Shown here: piece after piece, positions 14,285-18,584 of the stretch
Position numbering within the stretch: the stretch's first letter is position 1
How the letters are laid out: each line of letters starts with the position of its first letter
Source: Candidatus Nanopusillus sp.
Lineage (GTDB): Archaea; Nanobdellota; Nanobdellia; Nanobdellales; Nanobdellaceae
Length of the DNA: 18,584 nt
Reading direction: 5' to 3'
NCBI GenBank assembly: GCA_046536775.1
Contig: JAWDMD010000008.1
Location: 1-18,584, forward strand
Translations under genes and position numbers: made by a program
The notes under the pieces: generated by a model
What the model was told of the DNA's origin: nothing
The model's database searches: none
What the model saw: only the letters and a program-made list of their open reading frames with translations

Positions 14285-15112
14285 TCATATATATAAGTTT
14301 CTTAAATCTTCTATTGCCTTTTCACTCCATATAATAAATCTGCCCAATCTGTTACCGGGAGCCAATTTTCCTATGTTTAATTGATCTACTTTTGAAAACT
14401 CCGCACCATCAATAGAAACCTTTGGTAATTCAGAATCTGAAGATAATACAAATAAAATTCCCTTATATTTTTTTATTCTTCTATTTCTCATTTTTCCTTT
14501 TCCAGCTCTTTGTTTTTTATTTTCATTTACATATTCAATAAATTTTCTTATTTTTAATTTATCAAATAGCTCTCTATATTCTTTTGCTTTCTTTATTTCT
14601 TCTAGATTTGATATAACAATTGGTAGACCAAAAGTATTAATTGCTTCATTTAAATAAATAAAAGATTTTGTATATCTATTTCTTATATAATCTATATTTG
14701 AAGATGCAGAAATTGCAGATAATATTGCTAACTTTTTTTCTTTCTTATTTATTTTTCTATACCAATTTTTTTCGGGTTTTGGTGGATGTGATCTTCTTCC
14801 CTTTACGGCACTTGGTATTACTCTAGTTACCCATATAAAATTACCATTAATTTTTGCAAATACCGATCTAGGAACCCTTGATATACCTTTTTTATATGAT
14901 GATCTATATGTATATCTCCTCTTTGATGTCCACGCAGAAGATTCCATACCTGCATATTTATATGAACCATATGGTACCCTATGACTCAATATATATGCTC
15001 TAAATACCTTATATACTATGTCCTCCCTTATTTCGAATTTGAAGTGTTCTGGTAATTCTATCTCTTTTATTTTATTACCCTCCTTATCATAAACAGAAAT
15101 CATATTTTCCAT
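14285..15112 (-). CDS. rpl4: 50S ribosomal protein uL4
   Basis: 275 aa. YAGMESSAWTSKRR...GISRVPRS and KQRAGKGKMRNRRIKKYKG are typical of archaeal uL4. It lies immediately upstream of uL23-uL2. Confidence 0.85.
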   Translation of the reverse strand: MENMISVYDKEGNKIKEIELPEHFKFEIREDIVYKVFRAYILSHRVPYGSYKYAGMESSAWTSKRRYTYRSSYKKGISRVPRSVFAKINGNFIWVTRVIPSAVKGRRSHPPKPEKNWYRKINKKEKKLAILSAISASSNIDYIRNRYTKSFIYLNEAINTFGLPIVISNLEEIKKAKEYRELFDKLKIRKFIEYVNENKKQRAGKGKMRNRRIKKYKGILFVLSSDSELPKVSIDGAEFSKVDQLNIGKLAPGNRLGRFIIWSEKAIEDLRNLYI

Positions 15113-15175
15113 GGCTATATCTTATATATAAAACATATTTAAATCTTTATAATAACTCACATTAACTATTAAGAT
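15113..15175. promoter_or_regulatory. 63-bp divergent intergenic region between rpl4 and the ArlJ-like gene; presumed bidirectional promoters
   Basis: This is the only spacer between divergent starts at 15112 and 15176. It holds A/T-box-like elements (tatatataaaa, atttaaatctttataataa) ~20-30 bp from each ATG. Both transcripts are probably leaderless. Confidence 0.3.
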
Positions 15176-16825
15176 ATGTATGAACTTATTAATGATATTA
15201 TAAAAAAGGGCCTTAGAAAGATTACCATAATATTTAGCATAATAATTGCATTAATAATTATAATAGGAAGATATCTGCCAGTATTAAAGATATATTATCC
15301 TGTTCTATATTTATCTGCGATTGTTTTTTCATTAGAGGTTGTATTTCTAGAATATTATAAAACAAAAAAATCATTGGATAAATCTTTATTATATTATATA
15401 GCATATTTATATTCTCTTTCATTTTCTACAAATAATACTAGAAGATTATTAGAAATTGCGATTGAAGAAAAATCAGAATTTAAAGATATAAATTATTATA
15501 TGTCAAAAATTCTCTTTTTAACGAATAAATATAATTATACAATTCCAGAGGCTATAAGATATGTCTTACCATATATTCCAGATAGTAATTTTAAGAGTTT
15601 TTTAGAAAGATTTGCAACTTCAATTGATATTGGTGAAGAAATTGCAGAATTTTTATATAAAGAGTATGAAACACAATTAGCAATATATGAAGCAAATTAT
15701 GAAAAGGGTTTAGAAAATATAAGATTATTAGATGAATTTATAATATCATTATTATCATCTTTAGGATTTGCTTTTTCTTTAATACTATTTATACCATTCT
15801 TATTAAGTACAAATATAACATTTTTGCTGATAGATTTCTTTATAATATTCATTGTAATTAATTTACTCATATATTATGTATCAAAATATTATATTCCAGA
15901 TGATGGATTATGGTCTCATTCAAAAGAAAAACCAAAAGAATATGTAACAATAAGGTATTTATTTTACCTTTTATCATTCTTATCTTATATATTATTTGTA
16001 GCACTATTTTTAGTATTAAAATTACAATTATTAGAGGCATTTGCGATAGCAGCTACACCCCTGGCATATATAAGTTATAGGATGATATTATTAGAAAGAG
16101 CATTAAAAATAAAAGAAAATCATTTTCCAGCATTCTTTAGTAGTATAATAGAGTATTCAGAAATATTTGGGAGTAATCAAACAAAAATATTAGATAATGT
16201 TATTATACATGATTTTGGTTTATTAAATGATGATATTAATAGATTAAGGAAAAGAATAAATATAACAAAAAATTATTCTGAATCTTGGAGATATTTTATA
16301 GTTGAACTGGGTAGTTCAATTGCAGAAAAAATAATAAAGGTATTCGAAAAGGTTTTATCATATAATGGAGATACAAAAAAAGCAGGAGATATGTTATATA
16401 ATATATTAATAAAGATAATTGAACTTAGATCTAGAAAATCTCAGTTTATATCTAATTTAAGGGGTATTATATATGGAACATATATAGCATTTATAGCAAT
16501 TCTATTTATAATTGCTCAAATATTGTATTTATTAAATCAGATGTTTCAGGGTGTATCTACAGCACTTGGTTCTGCAGTATCTCAAATAGGTATAAATATA
16601 TATACATTTTCAACACCCTTATATATATTACAAGATTACATATTTGTAATATCTATTATTGAAGCTTTTATATTGGCTGGAACATTAAAAAATATAGATG
16701 GAGGATCTAAACTTGGAATGTTCTTGGATGCAGCAGTTATGATATGGTTAAGTGCATTATTAAATATAGGAGTATATTATTTATTTACACATGTACTTTC
16801 TGGTTTATCTTTGGCAAAAATATAA
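15176..16825 (+). CDS. ArlJ/FlaJ-like (double T2SS-F domain) type IV filament platform membrane protein
   Basis: 549 aa, the size of archaeal ArlJ/FlaJ. It has two soluble helical modules, each flanked by TM segments. Module 1 is YIAYLYSLSFSTNNTRRLLEIAIEEK...YNYTIPEAIRYVLPYIPDSNFKSFLERFATSIDIGEEIAEFLYKEYE. Module 2 is FPAFFSSIIEYSEIFGSNQTKILDNV...ESWRYFIVELGSSIAEKIIKVFEKVLSYNGDTKKAGDML. It also has several C-terminal TM helices. Confidence 0.75.
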   Translation: MYELINDIIKKGLRKITIIFSIIIALIIIIGRYLPVLKIYYPVLYLSAIVFSLEVVFLEYYKTKKSLDKSLLYYIAYLYSLSFSTNNTRRLLEIAIEEKSEFKDINYYMSKILFLTNKYNYTIPEAIRYVLPYIPDSNFKSFLERFATSIDIGEEIAEFLYKEYETQLAIYEANYEKGLENIRLLDEFIISLLSSLGFAFSLILFIPFLLSTNITFLLIDFFIIFIVINLLIYYVSKYYIPDDGLWSHSKEKPKEYVTIRYLFYLLSFLSYILFVALFLVLKLQLLEAFAIAATPLAYISYRMILLERALKIKENHFPAFFSSIIEYSEIFGSNQTKILDNVIIHDFGLLNDDINRLRKRINITKNYSESWRYFIVELGSSIAEKIIKVFEKVLSYNGDTKKAGDMLYNILIKIIELRSRKSQFISNLRGIIYGTYIAFIAILFIIAQILYLLNQMFQGVSTALGSAVSQIGINIYTFSTPLYILQDYIFVISIIEAFILAGTLKNIDGGSKLGMFLDAAVMIWLSALLNIGVYYLFTHVLSGLSLAKI

Positions 16826-17262
16826 TTTATTTTTCTTTCTTTTGGTATAAAATCTTTTAATATATTGTTTTTAATGTATACACTACACAAAATATCATTA
16901 TTATCTTTTGCTATATAAAAACCATTTTCAAAATTTTGTTCCAATTTTATGCTTTCATTAGATCTACAAAAAATATTTTCCTTTTTTATTTCAATACTTT
17001 TAATAGAATTTACTCCAAAGATTTGTGCTCCCTCTATACTAAATCTATATCTATTGTTTTTCTCTATTTTAATTATATATAAACCATTTTTTATATGTTT
17101 TTCATCTAAAAAATCTGGAAAATTCCTATTAAACATATATATTTTATCTTTATCAATAAAAAATCTATATTTCTTTATTATTGACTTATCTACATTTATA
17201 TTATAGTATTCTTCTATTTTCTTAAATATTTCTTCTATATTATTTTTATTTAATTCTTTCAT
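16777..17262 (-). CDS. Small soluble protein, tentatively a PUA-like or NIP7-like RNA-binding fold
   Basis: 161 aa with composition typical of real genes here. Its start is coupled to the rfcL stop by a 4-nt overlap. GLYIIKIEKNNRYRFSIEGAQIFG and the C-terminal GFYIAKDNNDILCSVYIKNNILKDFIPKERK resemble the PUA-like domains of NIP7 and of the RsmF/Nop2 C-terminus (pattern ...G.G......lKN.yPk..r). This is resemblance by eye only. The last 49 nt overlap the convergent ArlJ-like gene. Confidence 0.5.
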   Translation of the reverse strand: MKELNKNNIEEIFKKIEEYYNINVDKSIIKKYRFFIDKDKIYMFNRNFPDFLDEKHIKNGLYIIKIEKNNRYRFSIEGAQIFGVNSIKSIEIKKENIFCRSNESIKLEQNFENGFYIAKDNNDILCSVYIKNNILKDFIPKERKINYIFAKDKPESTCVNK

Positions 17263-18485
17263 AATTTTTTTATAGCCTCTTTTATATATGACATTTCATT
17301 TTCATTAAAACCCAATATCTCTGCATATTTTCTTCCTATTTTTTCATTTTCTTTCATTAAAACTATTAATGTATTTATATATACTTCCCTAATTCTATTT
17401 TTGGATGTATGAACTTTCTTTTGTAAATTTTTTGATAATTCTTCAATTTTTTCTCTTATTTCTTTATCCTGAGATAATCTTCTTATATATTGTGGCATTC
17501 TATATTTTGTAAATTTATTATATCTCTTTTCTTTTGCCAATGAAACACCAGCATACATTAATGTTGTAAAATATTTTAATAAATCCCAGTATTGCCTTCT
17601 ATAAATTCTTCCATAAAATATAATTGCCAAAGATAACCAATTATAAGCTTCATATATTTCTTTTATATTTTCATATTCATTTGATATATTTTCTTCAACC
17701 CAAGCTTTAATTTCTTCAGGATCCATATCTACATCTGCAAATGGTAATGTAGCTCCCATTATTGTATTTGCCTTAAACATCTGACCAAGTGCTCTAAATA
17801 TTGTGATCTCTCTTTCTCTATAACCCAAAATTTCTAGGTCTTTTAATGTAATATGATTACTCTTTGTTGCTAATGCTTGTAAATCATTTATTGCACTCCT
17901 CAAATCTCCAGAAGATCTATCTGCAAGTGCAGATAATGCATTATCATCAATTATTATCTTTTCATTTGCACAAATTCTCTTTAATTGTCTTATTATATCT
18001 GTATTTGATAATTTTTTAAATTCTATCATGTCACAAATATCTCTTAATTTCTTAAATTTCGGATTCCATGGATCATTTGCAGTTAATATTATTGGCCATC
18101 TTGATTCGACTATTATCTTTACCAAAGCTCCTATTCCACCCCTATCCTGAAATCCAGCTAACCCATCAACTTCATCAGCCAATATTATTCTTCCCTTTTT
18201 GAAAAATGGTTTTCCTTTTATTGCTTCTCCTAATTTTTCATATATAACTCTTGCATTTCTATTATCTGAAGCATTTAATTCTACAACTTCATAATCTAAA
18301 TCATTTGCAATTGCATATATAGATGATGTTTTTCCAACACCAGGAGGACCATATATTAATAATGCTTTTTTATTTACATTTGGATATTTTTCTATAAAAG
18401 ATTTTATTTTTCCAATAGCTTCTGTTTGATTAATTATTTCATTAATATGTTTAGGCGCATATTTTTTTATCCATGGTTCAACCAT
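17259..18485 (-). CDS. rfcL: Replication factor C large subunit (clamp loader)
   Basis: 408 aa. The N-terminus is PWIKKYAPKHINEIINQ. Walker A is LLIYGPPGVGKTS, and VELNASDNR is typical of the large subunit. ILADEVDG is Walker B, followed by an SRC-like GDLRSAINDLQ block. Confidence 0.85.
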   Translation of the reverse strand: MVEPWIKKYAPKHINEIINQTEAIGKIKSFIEKYPNVNKKALLIYGPPGVGKTSSIYAIANDLDYEVVELNASDNRNARVIYEKLGEAIKGKPFFKKGRIILADEVDGLAGFQDRGGIGALVKIIVESRWPIILTANDPWNPKFKKLRDICDMIEFKKLSNTDIIRQLKRICANEKIIIDDNALSALADRSSGDLRSAINDLQALATKSNHITLKDLEILGYREREITIFRALGQMFKANTIMGATLPFADVDMDPEEIKAWVEENISNEYENIKEIYEAYNWLSLAIIFYGRIYRRQYWDLLKYFTTLMYAGVSLAKEKRYNKFTKYRMPQYIRRLSQDKEIREKIEELSKNLQKKVHTSKNRIREVYINTLIVLMKENEKIGRKYAEILGFNENEMSYIKEAIKKL

Positions 18486-18522
18486 TATTTAATATTTCTA
18501 ATTAGAATATTAAAATTGTAGG

Positions 18523-18584
18523 ATGTATTGGTATAACTTCTATCTAGTAATAGATAGTAACAATAAATTTAAAAATTTTCCTAA
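18523..18584 (+). CDS. Possible 5' end of a CDS running off the right edge
   Basis: ATG at 18523 opens a frame (MYWYNFYLVIDSNNKFKNFP) with no stop through the last base, 20 codons in all. It would leave a 37-bp divergent spacer to rfcL, matching the 38-bp divergent spacer at 3131-3168. It is too short to assess coding potential. Confidence 0.2.
   Translation, partial: MYWYNFYLVIDSNNKFKNFP

Noticed and set aside
16949-17206. An 85-aa plus-strand ORF antisense to the 161-aa gene.
   Set aside because: It is nested antisense, with a hydrophobic F/L/I/S-rich composition. The minus-strand ORF has start coupling to rfcL and protein-like composition.
18540-18557. The hairpin CTATCTA-gtaa-TAGATAG as a terminator or RNA element.
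   Set aside because: No gene ends nearby on either strand, it is not followed by an oligo-T tract on the relevant strand, and it may lie inside a coding frame that starts at 18523. A 7-bp AT-rich stem is plausible by chance.
1-18584. A search by eye for CRISPR repeats, tRNA/rRNA genes, transposase or integrase genes, and terminal inverted repeats.
   Set aside because: I saw no regularly spaced direct repeats, no G+C-rich structured-RNA islands outside coding sequence, and no recombinase-like ORFs. All spacers are too short (at most 112 bp) to hold such elements.

Overview
This is a very AT-rich (about three-quarters A+T by eye), extremely gene-dense archaeal chromosome segment. Intergenic spacers are mostly 1-40 bp and several genes overlap at their start and stop codons. 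I found no rRNA, tRNA, CRISPR array or obvious mobile element.

Most content is archaeal information-processing housekeeping: uL4-uL23-uL2-uS2, aRF1, CCA-adding enzyme, RIO kinase, RadB, TFE-alpha, RFC large subunit, a HIT hydrolase and a TatD hydrolase.

Several things are not routine:
- (1) At the left end is a type IV filament-like motor. It consists of a 747-aa FlaI/PilB-family ATPase with long extra N- and C-terminal regions, overlapped by a T2SS-F/TadC-like platform gene (1-911, minus strand). That gene is missing from the ORF track because it runs off the window edge.
- (2) Diverging from the motor is a trio of small non-enzymatic proteins: a coiled-coil protein, a Q/N/P-rich low-complexity plus coiled-coil protein, and a membrane-anchored Cys-rich protein dense in N-glycosylation sequons.
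- (3) A second Q/N/P-rich protein with the same architecture (12227-12625) heads an overlapping gene chain directly after the ribosomal genes.
- (4) A second, full-length ArlJ/FlaJ-like platform protein (15176-16825) has no adjacent ATPase.
- (5) A gatE gene encodes only the C-terminal ~60% of GatE, which suggests a split gene.
- (6) The ribosomal protein cluster is broken: no uL3 precedes uL4, and uS2 follows uL2 instead of uS19.
- (7) A dense array of TTAAC(AT) motifs and palindromes lies upstream of tfe.

Gene content and organisation suggest a reduced-genome DPANN or Nanoarchaeota-like archaeon. That is inference, not a database result. All functional calls rest on motif recognition by eye and need HMM or BLAST confirmation.
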